Below are positions 25,700 through 40,159 of a stretch of DNA of 64,000 nucleotides, piece after piece. This DNA comes from Epiperipatus broadwayi. Taxonomy: Eukaryota; Animalia; Onychophora. A program made the translations under genes and the position numbers. The DNA is taken from assembly GCA_028023455.1 (NCBI GenBank), contig JAQFVV010000002.1, positions 4,588,001-4,652,000 on the forward strand, given 5' to 3'. Numbering within the stretch: the first letter of the stretch is position 1; each line of letters opens with the position of its first letter. A model generated the notes under the pieces. That model made no database searches, was not told the origin of the DNA, and saw only the letters and a program-made list of their open reading frames with translations.

Positions 25700-28600
25700 G
25701 TCAGTTGGCTTCATGAATGTGAGCTTGAAGTAGTTTTTCATAGGTTAGCAATCTGCTTTAAGAGAGATGAGGTAGTAGTACAGATGTCAGGATATACAAC
25801 TTTGCAATCCCATTTTTTTAGTTGTTATAGCTTGTTAATGAATGTGGAATGATGTCTCCTGGTGTTGGACAAGAATGAATTTTATTTGAGCATATTTTGA
25901 ATGGTTTGTCTCATACTATACATTCCAAGATAAAATGGAAATCCAAGGAATCCAGTTGGTTTTCTTTGAAAGCTTTTATAATATGTTTTTTTTCTAGACA
26001 GCTGCTTTCTTTAAACTTAAGTTGATACTTTGATGTATATTCTTGTAGAGTTTTGGAGCATGGAAAAGAGTTTTGATGAAGGAAGGAATATATTTATGTT
26101 ATTTATGTATGCAATACATGGGATTTGTTGATGGGTGTTATTGAGTTAGATATATTATTTTCTATTGTATTTGAGTTAACAATGGGTTGGTGCAAAAATA
26201 TAAATAGAATTAAACTTAATGGTGACTTTTGGGAGATTGATTGTGTACTAATAAAGGCAGGTAAATATATATCACTGAGGGTAATATGTATTCTTTGAAT
26301 TAGCAGTAAATTGTTAATAAGATAAAGAAGTGTTGGTGGGGCAGTGATATTTACTATCATGTCTATTAAGGTTTTAATTTGGACTGAATCAAAGACAGTC
26401 TGGATGTCAATCTGAACAGCTATTAGTGTATATTTTTGTGTTCTTGAGCAGTGCTGAAGATTGTCTTGAACATTAATACAGTTTGGATGACAGATTATCC
26501 CTTTTGAAGGGAGTATATGTGACAAGTTGATTCTTGACAACTTTTTTGGGATATTCATGATTAATGGGACCATGGAGATAGGTCATGGGCTGGAAAATGT
26601 AAATGTGGGTATTGACTTCTTGATAAAAGAAATCATGGCAATTAGATAGTCCTTTGGCTTGATATATTTTCTGTGACAGGTGGTTGGCAATGTCACACAG
26701 ATATTTGGCAGTAAATTGATTGAGATGTTGAAAAACAAATGTTGGGATCCCCTATTTCTGGTATGGCATTCATTGTGGGAAATTGATCTATTTTAAATGG
26801 GTGATGCATTTCAGGAGGTCCAAAGGGGTGTGAATCCATTAGGTATCAAGTTTTTTTCTGAAAGTGCTGGTAAATTGGATAAATCATTTTATATTCAGCA
26901 TAATTAACTCCTTTTACAAGGTTCCTTCAATGTGGCTTGCCATGGGGACTCTAACCTTAAAAGGGTAATCCAGTGTCAGAAAATATATCCCTGGGGCCAC
27001 AATGTGTTGCTGCTCCAGACATTCTTTTTGGTGGCCAAGTATTTTTCAAATTTCTGCCATTTTGGTGGTAGGTCTTGGTAAGTTTAGGTATGTATTAATG
27101 GGTATGTTTCATAGGCATTAACATGACTATTCTTTTGTGTATGACATTGACCAATGCCAAAAGATAATAAAAGGGAGTAATTGACATGTTATATGGCTGG
27201 TGTTAATTAAAGGAGAGTATATTCACAAAAACAAGATATTTTTAGATTGAATGTATGAATAAAATTTCTAGCTTGTTGAACATCACATATGATTTTGAAA
27301 ATAAATATTCAGTGGTAAATGATGGGAGAAGTCTGATTGTTTTTTGCATTAAGGTATTGGAGGTTTGAAGGCTGGTGAAGTTCTATAAATAGTTTGTGCA
27401 AAGTGATCAGAGAACAGAAAAGGATTAAGAGTTAAATCAATTATATTGTGCAATATTAGGGATTAAAAACAAAGGTCAATAAGGATGGCATGTCATGTGG
27501 TATGAAATGTAAGAAGCCTTCAACTCTTATAGGAGGGTGGTAATTAGGTGCAACCATTTGGAGGTGAATGTAGAGTAGTTTAGGTTAAAATCATCCATAA
27601 GGAATGCCAGGTATTACTGGAATTGATTGGTTTTAAAGCATTATTGTGATTGTTTGGCTTATCTGAGTGGCTAATTGTATTTGGTTATCTTATTGACTTG
27701 TTTGTTATGTCAGTCATGAGATCAGTGAGTGGGATTTCTTCATTAAGATGTGATATGTTAATTTACTTCAAATTTTTAATCACTGTGTCACAACTTTCAG
27801 CTTGACTTTGTATTCTTGTTGCTCAAGTCAATCTCCAACTGGATCTGATGCTGCATTCTGATATTGTTTACACTGAGTGGCAAAGTGGCCTTGCTGACAG
27901 TAGACATGCCACTGTGTTTTTAACTCTCATGTATTAGGATAGAGTGGCCTCTTGATCAAGGATCTGGGTTGGTATATTGTAAGGATCAGTGACCTGATGT
28001 AATTGAAGTTTGAATTCAAAGCTATTTGTTCTATGGATAGAAGTGTATCCTGAAGATAGATCCAAGATAGTAACTTTCCCCAATGGCTCCAGTAATGCAA
28101 TTTTGTTAGTTCTCATTTATGGTTTTAAGAGCAAAGTTCTCTGATGCTGTAACCAAGGTTTGAAATTGGAAGTTTTGATTATTATCATAGAATTCTATTG
28201 CCAAGTATTGTCTGTTGATTTGGATGTTTTGCAATGCTTTTTATAGAGTCCAATAACACCATATTGTTGAATAATTTTATATAGTAACTAGTGTGGAAAG
28301 TGATACAAAATAATGTTATGTCTATTGTTAATATTATAATAGAAGAGGAAAAATATATTTGAAATGATTTAAAAGTTCATGTGAAACTGTGTTATTAAAT
28401 CTATCATTTACTGTATCAGCATTTTATTTGTCCCGATTATATTTTGGGGGGATTGATTTTGCTGAGCAGTGAGATCAAGATCCTTAATATCATTAGTTTT
28501 CCTGAAATGTGTAGGAGGTTTGAAGTAAGTTGATCTTGGATCATTTTTGTTTCTTTGACCTAATTGTTGACTTTTAATTATTTCTACAAATGATTGATTA

Positions 28601-28700
28601 GATTTTTCTCATTCCTTCACAGCATTGTTGCAGCTGGTACCAATTAGTAGATCATGTGACTGTCTAGACTCCATGTTTAATTAGATTTTCACATTGTAAA
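25700..28700 (-). mobile_element. Degenerate L1-clade LINE (APE and RT), apparently the same family as 1-2716
   Basis: Track ORF 26103..26573: VQIDIQTVFDSV...TQSISQKSPLSLILF (RT). APE remnants DDFNL (~27590) and SDH (~27405). A/C-rich sense strand like the first copy. Confidence 0.75.
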
Positions 28701-28967
28701 AGTTATTGTAAATTAAAAATGGAATTAAAATAATAGAATTTTTTTTTTAACAAAAAGGTGTTGACTGATTAATTTGTTGTTAGTTTTTTTAATAGGTAAC
28801 ATTAATACCTTGCTGTTTTTGTTCTTACTGGTATTTTGAATTTGAACTTGGAAGTTCTTTAGTTGTTTCCAATAGAATATCAACTGCAGTCCTATTATTA
28901 TTAGTAGTAATAGTAGTAGTAGCAGTAGCATTATTATTGCTGTTTCAAAAAGGAACTTTATTGAACT

Positions 28968-29035
28968 TAGCAGTATTTGCAGATATTTTATATCACACAC
29001 ATAGCAGTATTTGCAGATATTTTATATCACACACA
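28968..29035. repeat. 34-bp perfect tandem duplication at the 3' end of the adjacent LINE
   Basis: tagcagtatttgcagatattttatatcacacaca twice (28968 and 29002). Confidence 0.95.
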
Positions 29036-32000
29036 TATGTTTCCATTTGTAATTAGTTGGTTTGTAGAAGCACATTTATATGAAAATGTACATAGTATGT
29101 ATTAGATGAGAGTAACAGTTTTGAAATGGGCAAATACTTTTGATGATATGATTAAATTTAGTATTATATAATTCTGAAGATCTCTGTTTTGATTGATATG
29201 GAAAAGATGTGTGAGGCTTAACTTAATGGTTGTTGTATATTTACATGGTAGGCAGGGGTTACAATTTTGAAAACAGGTGTCAGATTGCATAAATCTCACT
29301 GTTGAATCATACATATAGTGCTATTATCTGAAATTTATTGGGAATAAAGTCTAAATTCAGAGATTATTTCTAATGAATTATATATGTGTGCAATATAAAA
29401 ATTTGATTTCAATAAATGTACTATATTAGAGTTCATTATTTTGTTACCTATATGCACTTCATAGTGTTTGAATATCATTTGATTAAATCCCTATCTTGTT
29501 GTAATGATTTTCTGGAGTAGTGACTTTAATTTTTGCAAGTGGCTGTCATTAGTTCCTATCTTCATTTGTTATGGTAGCAGGCTGGCCTGGGATGATTTTT
29601 TATCCCAGTTGTTTATGTTTTTTTATTACAGTGATAATTATGTATTGGTTTAACTGGTTATAAGGCAGTTCATTGTTTGAGTAGTGATCAAGTGGTAGAG
29701 GTATATCCAGATGACTATTTTGCTATCTCCAATTTTCAATTTTTAACAGTAACAACTTATTGTGAAAGGTAGAGGAATATTGCCTTGTATTATTGTTTAT
29801 GACAAATATGCATCATTTTCCCCAGAGTACAAAGAGGTTGAATGTGGCTTCATGCACTGTAGTGATTGAAATTTCCATGATATGCATTGATATGTTATAT
29901 TGAGAAGTCAGACTATCTATATGTGTTGCACAATATTTTTTGATCTCTGTTACTATTGGGAATTCATAGATTAGGTGTTATGTCATTTCAGCATAATGGC
30001 ATAGCCTACAGAATAAGCAAATGGGGGTGCAGTTGCTGATTATGGAGAAAGTAAGTTGTTGGCAAGACATAAAAGTTGATTTTGTTGATGATAATTTGTG
30101 AAATTGTGAAGGAATTTTTTATTGTTGATCCCCAGTATTGGAGAAGAGTTATTAGTGACAAGCTCTTGATGCATGAGGATATAGATCTGCCAATATGTAT
30201 ATTTGTTAGTGAATTAGACGGATATCTGGGTGGCTGTTGTTTAATGTTGATAGATGATTGATGTCAGGGATGAATGCAGTGGGAAAGATCTGTCAGTTGG
30301 TATGATTTGAAGAGGCATTGTAATTGTGGGAACTGTTAAAATGGCAGCTATCAAATTTGTGGACGTTTAAATTTGGAAAATGCATATGTCATGTAGAATG
30401 TTTGTAAGTGGATTTGGCTGAGACCATTTAGTTGGGATGATGATGGTCTTTCTGTTCTATAAGAGCTTATTGCAATTGGATTTGATTTTGGATGTAAATG
30501 CTTTAGAGATGGATATGGTGGGCAGATAGTATACAATTTTAGTGATAATGAGTTTGTTGGATAGCTGTACTTTTGAGTATATTGAAAGTATGTATTTAAT
30601 AGTGAGTTGGTGATCCACTCAGCTTCATATACAAGCTTGTTTTGTATGTAGTATCTCTTTTCTGTAGCCCTTAAGTGAAATGGAAAATGAAGAAAATCAT
30701 TTGTTTTGACTTTATGTGTGTGTCTTTGTGTATAAATAAATATTTTCCCTGTAAAGAGTGACTAAGTAGCAGTTTTTTGCATTGAATTTCAAATTGTGAA
30801 TGGCTGTGAAGTCTTGTGAAATTTGTTGTAGATTGGTAGGTGTTTTTGGGAGATAAACAACAATCACATCTCCATATATGCAAAGCATGTAATGCATAAG
30901 TGGGGTGTCTGGTATTAGAATGCTTGTGAATGTTTGTTGGATTTTTTGTAGAAAGAGTTAATGTACAGTTTGAATAATAGTGAACTAATTGGGATCCTTG
31001 TGATATGAATTGCATAGGTAAAATGATGGAGAGCTCTTTTCATTGAGTGTGATATGAATTTCATGACTCAGTAGCAAATTTGAGAATAAATTTAGTTGCA
31101 TTTTGGGAATGAGTACTGTCTAACATATCTATAAGCACATAGAGAGTGATGGAGTCGAAAGCACCTTAATGTCAAGCTGCAATGCTTATTGCTGTATATT
31201 TCTTCTGCCCTCATACTGAGTCCAGGACTGCTTCGACAAATGATGCTGCTTGGATGGTTGATGAGCATTTCTTTACAAGCTGCATTTTGGAGATCAGTGT
31301 AAATATATGTAGTTTTATTTTATCCTTGATAATTTTTTCAATGACTTTAACTGGCAGTGGCCCATGGACATAGGCTGGAAGTTGGTAAGAAAGAAGATGG
31401 CTGCTGGTTTTTTGGTGAATTGTACTATTACAATGCAGTAGTTGCCTTTGTTAAGTTGAAGTTTTTGCAGCAAATGATGTCTAGACCACAGAAATATTGA
31501 GCTGTAAAGCAGCTTACATGCACTAATATGAGTTGAGGGATGTCATAGGTTCCAGGATGGCATGTGTTCAAGATGGCAGCTAATTTTCTAGAATATGGGG
31601 TTGTTGTTCTGGTTTGCCAAAGAGGTTAGCAGGAAGTTTAGGTGATTGAATTGTTTGTAGTTTTTGTTTAAAATATGAATAGATAGGCATTATTAGATTA
31701 GGGCTACATATATGCTCTTGTCAGCTTGGATAGTCATTGGAACTCTGATGTTGGGTGGCTATCCCATGCCCATCTTATATAGCCTCTGGTTTAGATATGT
31801 TGTTTGGTAAAGCATATCTTGCTTTTTTTAATCTTTAGATTATTTTTAAGGGTGTTGCACATATTTCTGTATGTGTGCATAAGTTTATATTTATATACAT
31901 ATGTATTGTCGGATATGGTGTAAAGGTTTTATTATGATAATTCACCTATAGAGGATTGGGGGAGTTCTTATTATATAGTCAATATTAAAGGAAAGTATGT

Positions 32001-32450
32001 TAATGAAGACTAAGTATTTTTGTGCAGGATTGAACTTCATGGTCTTGATTTAATTGAACATAATATAAGTCTGAGAATGTAAAATTCTGAAGTGGTCACT
32101 GGGAATAGTTTTCTTATTGTTTTATCTAGTGGATGTGCAGAAGTTTGAATATCTGCAAGGTGATAATTATCATTTGCCCTGAGTGATCTGAGAGTGGTGA
32201 GGCAGTAAGATACATGATTATTAGTTGATGCAACATAGGCGAATAGAAACAAATGGCTATCAACAAGGCATATTGGCCATTGTGGAGTGTCACTGCATTG
32301 TCTGGCAGATAGCTCTCACCCTTCATAAAAGGAAAATATATTTGATGAAGTCTTTGTATCTCCTGTTGCAGTCCCCATTAAGGATGAATTGATGGGAAGT
32401 AGCTGCAAGTAGTAAATTAATGGTAAGCATTATATTTGAAATAGTACTAG
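29036..32450 (-). mobile_element. Degenerate L1-clade LINE ORF2 (APE, RT, 3' end), third copy of the family
   Basis: ILMGDC (~32375) and PLSDH (~32195) for APE. LQLDIKVLFDSI (~31170), SQGSQLVHYY (~31000) and AYM(ED)VIVVYL (~30870) for RT. Local similarity to 1975-1995 (atttggcagatctat). Confidence 0.8.
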
Positions 32451-34004
32451 GATGTAGGGTAATATATAAGAAAATTATATTAATTATAGTGATTTAATGA
32501 TGGAAAGTATATTAATGTCAAATGTTCATACCTATGGTGGTGCATAACAATAGACATTTATTTGTAACTAAGAAAAAATAATGTTTTTGTAATTATACTT
32601 TAATAAAGAAATATAAATGAATATTTAACTTATTGTGATTTAATTAATCTAATGAATATAAGAAACCTAAATAAGTTATTTATACCTGTCTAAATTGATG
32701 TAGGTATAATTCAGAATAATCATAATTATTTTTCATTAATTGTATTTATACCATTCATCTTTAAAACAAAATAACTGGTATAAATAATTGTAATAAACTT
32801 AAGCAAATTCTGAAATAGAACTTAGTAATCCATGATAGGCATGAATTGCTTGATAAATAAATATCTCTTAAATGTTTCAAAACTTAATAAAATATTTCAT
32901 ATGACAAAACACAGGAATATATAATATTGTTGAAAGATTTTCTATTAGTAGATAATGTAGTTTTGTGTCGGGATCCTCTGAGAATAATAATCTGTTTATT
33001 AGTTACTAAGCACACCGCATTGCTATGATAGGTCAAATACGATTGAACTGTAACTTAAATACCAACATAATTTTGTTATTTCATTTCTTAACAGAGATGA
33101 TTATACTTTATTTCTTACATTATGTGCTGATCCTTAAATATAAGAAAGTGCATACAAGCTGAAGGGCTATACATGATATGAAATAATCTGATAAGTGATG
33201 CTGTGATGTTGTAATGACATTAAATAAAATTGAAAGATCAATATTTCTTTATGAATAATCCTAGTTTTATTTATATATTTTAGCATTATTGCTTGACTTC
33301 TTTATTAATGTTATATGTTATTATTTCATATTAAAGATTCATTTATTTGAAGCCAAATAGACACTCCTTGAATATTTTGGTGAAATGAAAATTATTTAGA
33401 ACATGAGTTTTAAATGATTCGGTCCTGGCTACACCATTGATTTACATTTTTGTCTGCTTGGAGAATAGACGTTAATTTTTTTGTTTCCATGAAGTTGATT
33501 TTCTTTATATAGTTTTACATATATACACACCATTGCTCTTGTGGTGAAATAAAGTCTGTTAAAAGTTCAACTTTCCTTTGTAGCAAATGTGTATATACAA
33601 AAGCAAATACATTTTAAAAGAAAAGAAACAATATCTTTTTATTTTTCACCGTTAAGTCACAAACTGTTTTTATATCATTTAGTTGAATAATGCCATTGGT
33701 TGCTGAGGTGTAACTTGCTCATAATTTCTTATAAGATTTTATCAAACAATTATTGTTGCTAAACATTATTCAAAACATTAATCATATTTGTACATAACAG
33801 ATTTATACATAAAAGTATTAATAGTTTTTGCTCTTAGTATTCCTGTTAGAATGTATGGTTGTACCAATAAATATATATATATATACAAGATGGCTATTAA
33901 CTCCAGAATAAAGTAATGAGCTAATTTTTTAATATAAAAAAAATTGAATGGTGTATGATGCTGTTTTTGATTTGGGTTTTTTTTTGGATGGGTTTATTTA
34001 TATA

Positions 34005-34465
34005 AGGTATATATTAAAATTCAAGCTAATCTAAATAAGAAGTGTGAAATTAGGTATGCAAAAATCTTGCATTGCAAATAACTAGACTAGTTCAATTTTA
34101 AATAGCCTTAATTAAAGGGGGGAGTGGCTAAAAATATAGCTATGGAACATTTCAAATATTTTATATAGTTTTCAGCTAGCATTACTCATTGTTTCTATTT
34201 CTGACATATGAGTTTGGGGAGTAAAAATGACTACATATAGCCATTCTAAATATATTTAAAATTAAACATCTTTTTTATTTGCAATGTAAGATCTTTGCTT
34301 AATTAGTTTTACACTCATTATTTAAATTAGCTTGAATTTTAATATATTTAGATCATTTAGGCTATCATTTTTTGAAGGAGTAATGTGATGAAACATTATA
34401 GCTATGGGGCATTTCAAATATTTTACATAGAATTCAGCTAACATTAAGCATTATTTCTATTAGAA
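34005..34465. repeat. Degenerate foldback/MITE-like block of inverted and direct repeats
   Basis: ~34019-34081 is the reverse complement of ~34275-34336. A ~65-bp direct repeat tatagctatgg..catttcaaatatttta..tag..ttcagcta.catta lies at ~34136 and ~34398. Confidence 0.75.
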
Positions 34466-37400
34466 ATAATATTATATAATAAATGTTTTTATTTACTGTG
34501 GACTAAAAAGCTAAAAAGATAATTAATTTATTCAATCACTGCTTTTTACAACAAAGTATTAAATTAATTAATTTCTGTTAATTCCATGATTTTATTTCAA
34601 GTTAAAAATTAAAGAAACAATTATTTTTTTGGTTTTTTAATCCACAGTAAATAAAAATTACTAAACTGATATTAAGTTATTTGAAATTCAGTCCACCAAC
34701 TACCTCTATAGTTAACAAATATGGGCACTATCCTGAAATATTTCATGTGATTACTATATGGAGAGTTTTGCATTTAAAATTCAAAGTGATGCAATAAATA
34801 AACAATTAATTAATGTAATTATATATACATCTTACAATTCTGTGAATTGTGCAGTGAAAATAATACCACAGAAATATTCATTAACAGATTGGTTGCCTAA
34901 AAATTAAATTATGCATGAAGAGGGAAAATGAATTGTATTTTTGTTATCTTAATTTCAAAGATTGATAATAATTTACAAAGGAGTTAACTTTCTATAAAAT
35001 TAACTGATTATTCTTAAAATGTACTGCTAGATATCAGAGTTATTTAAGGAAAGTTTGTTTGATCTATTTTCTTTAATGATATTAATTAGTCAATGGTAAT
35101 TATCTTACAATTGTCTTCTTAAACATTCATTCTTTTTGCATTGTTTTTATATAATAATTTTTTTCTTACATTTTTACATTAAATTATATTTTATTGTTAC
35201 TGGGTTTTTTTTTTTTTCAGTTTGGACAGTCTATCAGGTTTCCTCTCCTTTTTGATTAATTAAATTTAAATTAACAATTAAAATCCAAACAGTAATAATA
35301 AAAAAAACATTGTTAATATAAAAGTTAAAAAAAGAATTATGTTATTATAAATCATATAACATTATTTTTTCTGTTCATTTTAAAATTTATTTTAAAATTT
35401 TATTATAAATATGTTTAAATGTTGAATAATTTAGTTAAGTTTAGATCTAAATCCAATTATTTTCAAATTGAAGCATGTCATTAAAAAATTCGAAATAAAG
35501 TTATATATATAAAATTAACTTGAAAATAGAATAAACTTAAGAAAAGTAATCACACATCTTTAAAAAAAAAAAACGAATGAAGCAAAAACAAATAAAGCTA
35601 TATTTTTTATTTAAAATGTAAAACTGCATTTTTGTTTTGTACAAACAAGCAGTATATAAATGAAAAATTTTTACTTGCTTGGTCAATGTTTTCACACTGA
35701 GTATTTAAACCCAAACTATCTGGCTTGGTTCTGGACTAAATCTAATGTCCAGAGACTATTTCTCATATTTTAGAATTGTTTTTATTACATTAGGTCTTTT
35801 AATATTATTTAAATTAGTTTCTGGATTGATTTTAATTGACCATAAAGAAGAAGAATATTAATAGTTATTTATTTTAACAACAGAAACAAAAAAAATCTTT
35901 CCATTATTAATATCTAGATATATTTATAAGATACATGAAATAATTAATACTAAATATAAATGTAAAAATACTGTTTATTGTTTATAATCTCTTTACAATA
36001 TCAATTATTAGTTACATCAAACAAGTATTAAATTACTTTCTACTTATTGTATGCCTTCATTCACAATATTATGTAGTAATAATACATGGATTCCTAATTT
36101 TTTTAAATAGAATGTATTAGAGATTTTGGGGAGAACAAATAGACATTAGCATATTATTTCCTTAATATATCTAATTTTTAAAGGCAATCATAGCTCTTCA
36201 TAATTAGCATTGGCTGAATCATATTATAATTATATCTTTTATTTTCATAAGTCAGTGCATTGCTATTCATCTAATAAACTCAGCTTAACCTGAGTATCTA
36301 ACTAAGAAGAGTTAGATATTCATTTACCAATAACTTTTGGGTGACTATAAGTCATCTACAAGAAATAAAAATTGTAAATCTATTTGTTATTTAGAAAAAG
36401 ACAAAATGTACTATTCTATATGCAAAATTTCTAAGTTATTGCTGTAATTGGTATATTACATAACATAAAGTATAAATTAAACAAAACCTTTTATTATATG
36501 TATAAATGTATAATATATATAAGACTTGGTCAAGAGATCATTAACAATAAATATTTAATTTGATGGTGGCAAATATATTAATTTAGTAGTTTGTGTTTAA
36601 TTTTGATATAAATGTGTGCGTGACCATATAACAAATTAAAAAATTAAACATCTATTGACAGCCAGCTTCAGTAGTAAGATGTAAACAATCTGCTACAGAA
36701 GATGACATTTTATTTTATGAAATAATTGAAAGAATGCTATAGTTTATTATTTTATATTAAATTGGTCAATAAAAAGTATTATTCACATTATACAATTTAC
36801 TATATATTTTGTAAGGAATATTATGATCACACATATACATATATGCTGTTCAATGTAAAATTACTCAAAATAAAGTGATCTTGTGATGTTTAAACTAGTC
36901 TGCATTGATAAGAGAAAAAATATCTAAGTCAACAAAGTTGTGTGAACTGAAAATATATGAATAATTTAAATTAGTCTGATAATGAAATTATATCCAGAAA
37001 TGAGACTTAAATGTGCATAATTAATAAATAGTGTTAAAACAAGAATAACTTTTGCTATCTTGTAAAATAAGATGTTGATTCATCTAAGATTAGATAGGAT
37101 TTTTGAATCAAACAGTCTTTTCTTTCTATTTTCTTCATGTCTTCAATTATTTTAAATTAGTATGACATCTAGTCATTATTGAGTCTTATCAGTCATATCC
37201 TTATACAACTATGACAATAGGATATGTGTTTGTGAATCTATTTTTGTCTCTTAACTATTTGATAGCAATTCTTTTTTTTTATTTTTTTAACTCAAGCCCT
37301 TGAAAGATAAATTTAATAACAAAGAAACCTTAGTAGCATGACAGAATTTGAATCTTTGCACAAGGAAATAAATTGCAATTTAGTCAGGATAAGAGCAGAT

Positions 37401-37959
37401 TTGTGACAGGAGTTCACCATGGCAAAAAAAATGTTTAAATAACACTACCACCAAAGTATTTTAAAAATGGCCTATCTTATATAGTCTTGATAGATTGTGG
37501 TATTTGTCAGATTATGAATTAAATAACAAAAACAGTCATATTATTAATAGTAGTGGTAAAAGCAGATGAGAGTGGTAGTACAACAATAATTATTAGAAAT
37601 CGATTTTTTTTAATTATAAGATAATATTGAAATTGTTAGATCAGAAGTAAAACTCCTTTAATGTGCTATTACTTTAAATATTATAAATCTCTGCACACTC
37701 ACATGTCAGTAAGAGTTTAAAAAACTTAAATGAATCACTTAAGTTTAGAGTGCATTTCTATAAAGATGCCAACTTTCACTGATCATGTTAAATCAGGGCT
37801 TGACTATTGTGTGCCTGATGTTATAATCAAATTTTGAACTGTACAAATCTATTTAACCTATAATATTTTAAAGTAGTAGTGCATTATCAGAGTTTGACTA
37901 TCGATCTAACAATTTCAAGATTTTCAGTGCTTTATAATAATAGATTTGTAAGATAATAT

Positions 37960-38190
37960 ATAACTTTACTTGATGCATACTTTTCAAAACATGAATAGAG
38001 ACCAGCACTGATAACTAAGAAACTACCAAAATTTAAGATTGAATTAGCTGTTCTGAGTGAAACTCAATTTTCAGAAGAATGAAGTTTATTACAACAATGA
38101 GATTCCTTTTTTTTTTGAAAGGGCACATCAACCAATGAAAAACCATATGATGCTGTACTTTCTGTAAAGTCTAATTTAGTATTTTCTATT
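37960..38190 (+). mobile_element. RTE-clade LINE APE N-terminal remnant
   Basis: TLLDAYFSKHE*RPALITKKLPKFKIELAVLSETQFSEE...FF*KGHQ...SVKSNL, matching the RTE pattern RTALIA.EL.RY.IDIAALSETRF..EG...YTFFW.G...AIKS.L. Confidence 0.7.
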
Positions 38191-39467
38191 CTTCAAATTT
38201 TACATGTAATAATGAATGACAAATAATGCAAAAACATAGATTGTATAAAGGTGTCTGTACTCCTTATATTAGAACACATGTTTCAATATTAGCTTCAGAG
38301 AAAGTAAAGTCTTATTTTATATTGAATAACATTAATACATAATTGATATAAAACATTTTTGTAGACTTTAATGCATATGGATACATAAAGCAGATTTTAT
38401 TCAAAATTTATTCAAAACTATATTTGTAAACTGAAATAGATTGCTATTACTGAATTTTTGCACAAAACATAGATTGATCATTATGAGCACTTTGATTAGG
38501 CATACAAATTGTGATCAAAATTATGGATATACAGATTGTATCATAATTAGGAGTCAGAATATAAAAGAATTTCATATTATACAAGCATATAGAACTACAA
38601 ATAGTTAAACAGATCAAAGATTAGTATACCTTAAGGTTAAAATTATAATTACATTGAAGATAGATGGTATTGTAATCATATCATGTTTTAGAAACATTAA
38701 TTATTCCCAATAAATTTCATCAGCTAATAAACATCAAAATTACTAATTTGAATTTTCAGTACTGTCATATTATGAGTCATAAAATTCTCTTAAGGGATAT
38801 GCTGTGGAACCAAACCTATTTATTAAAGTGATAAGATATGGAAAAAATCTATTCTTAGTTTTACTAAAAAAAAAAAAGAACCTAAAAAATTAAAGTAATA
38901 TTGTCACATAAATGTAATAAATTAAAGATATATCTTCATACATAAGAAACACATAGATTATATTAAATGCAATTAATGTATTTCCAGGGCACAAAAGGCA
39001 TTGAGATTGTATATTTCCTCCAATGTTTGAAAAAGAATTAATATTATCTTTAATTTACTTTGATTTCTCAGACTTGGTTTTTTAGCAACGAATTTATTAT
39101 TGATTAAAAGAAAATATGCAGCACTTTTCTGTTATGCAGAATAATAAGTTGAATGAGGAGCTTTATAATCAGTATAAAGATTTAAAGGAAAAAGTTCAAT
39201 GACTGACAAAGACTTAAAAGTTGTTGGTGGCTTAAATTTGCAGAAATCACTGGTTGTGACAACTGTAGATTGTTTTAATGAATTGAAAATAACATATGGG
39301 CTTGAAAAATGATATGACCAATAGTCTTATTTTGAACAAGTGGCAGAGTATTTTAATTATCTTTTGAATGATGATTCAAGAATGGAAATTATCACTTTTA
39401 ATGATATATCCACTATATCTACTCATTTAAATTCAGTTCCGTGAAGTTAAAACAGTTCTTTGTAATT

Positions 39468-40137
39468 TTTAAAATAGAAATACTGTAGGTCATATAGAGG
39501 TCCTATTAGCTTAAAAAATATTGGATTTTTTTTGGAAATATAAGGATTCACAATTTTGTGCCCACTGATCTTAAGGATGATTTTTTTGTTCAATTTTTTA
39601 GACAAGATTGTAGTAATTATTATGGAATATCATTATTATTCATTATATCAAAAATAATTTAAAGATTTTATTGTATAAGTTGCTTCTAATTATAGACAAA
39701 CAAGTCACTAAAAGTTCAATGTGGTTTATGAGAATCAAGCATTAATCTACATATTTTTTGTTTCTAGTCAAATGAAATAAAAGTATAAAATACAAAGATG
39801 TAATTGATAAATAGCTTTCATTAATTGGGTCCATGCATTTGACTCACATAAACAAATGTGTTTATTTCAACTTTCTCTCATATCAAAGTTTATACATATC
39901 ATATAGATTCTATATAATGGAATAAAAGAAAATTTTATTACTATAAATGAAAAATCTGGTGTGCTTGAATTGAAAACAAGTGTTAATTGAGGAAGTATAT
40001 TGTTTCAACTTTATTTTTGATTTTTATGGCAGTAAAATTTAAAAATAGAAATACTGCAGGTCCTATAGATGTAATATGTTAGCTTAAAAAGTATTAGATT
40101 TTTTTAGGAATATAAAGATTCATAATATTGTGCCCAC
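39468..40137. repeat. ~100-bp diverged direct repeat pair (39468-39565 and 40038-40137)
   Basis: aaaatagaaatactg(t/c)aggtc.tataga.g...ttagcttaaaaa.tatt.gatttttt..ggaatataa.gattca.aa..ttgtgcccac. Confidence 0.85.
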
Positions 40138-40159
40138 ATTTACTAAATCAGGAATCACA

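Noticed and set aside
25768-25790. let-7-like sequence TGAGGTAGTAGT
   Set aside because: Only 11-12 nt match, no hairpin or star arm seen, and it lies at the edge of a decayed LINE.
35205-35245. Possible micro-exon after a strong acceptor (T-run cag|tttggacagtctatcag|gtttcc)
   Set aside because: Weak donor, no supporting neighbouring exons, and not testable without RNA-seq.
39100-39440. Possible hAT-like transposase remnant
   Set aside because: Only a vague HF..Y..L resemblance with many stops and no TIRs found.
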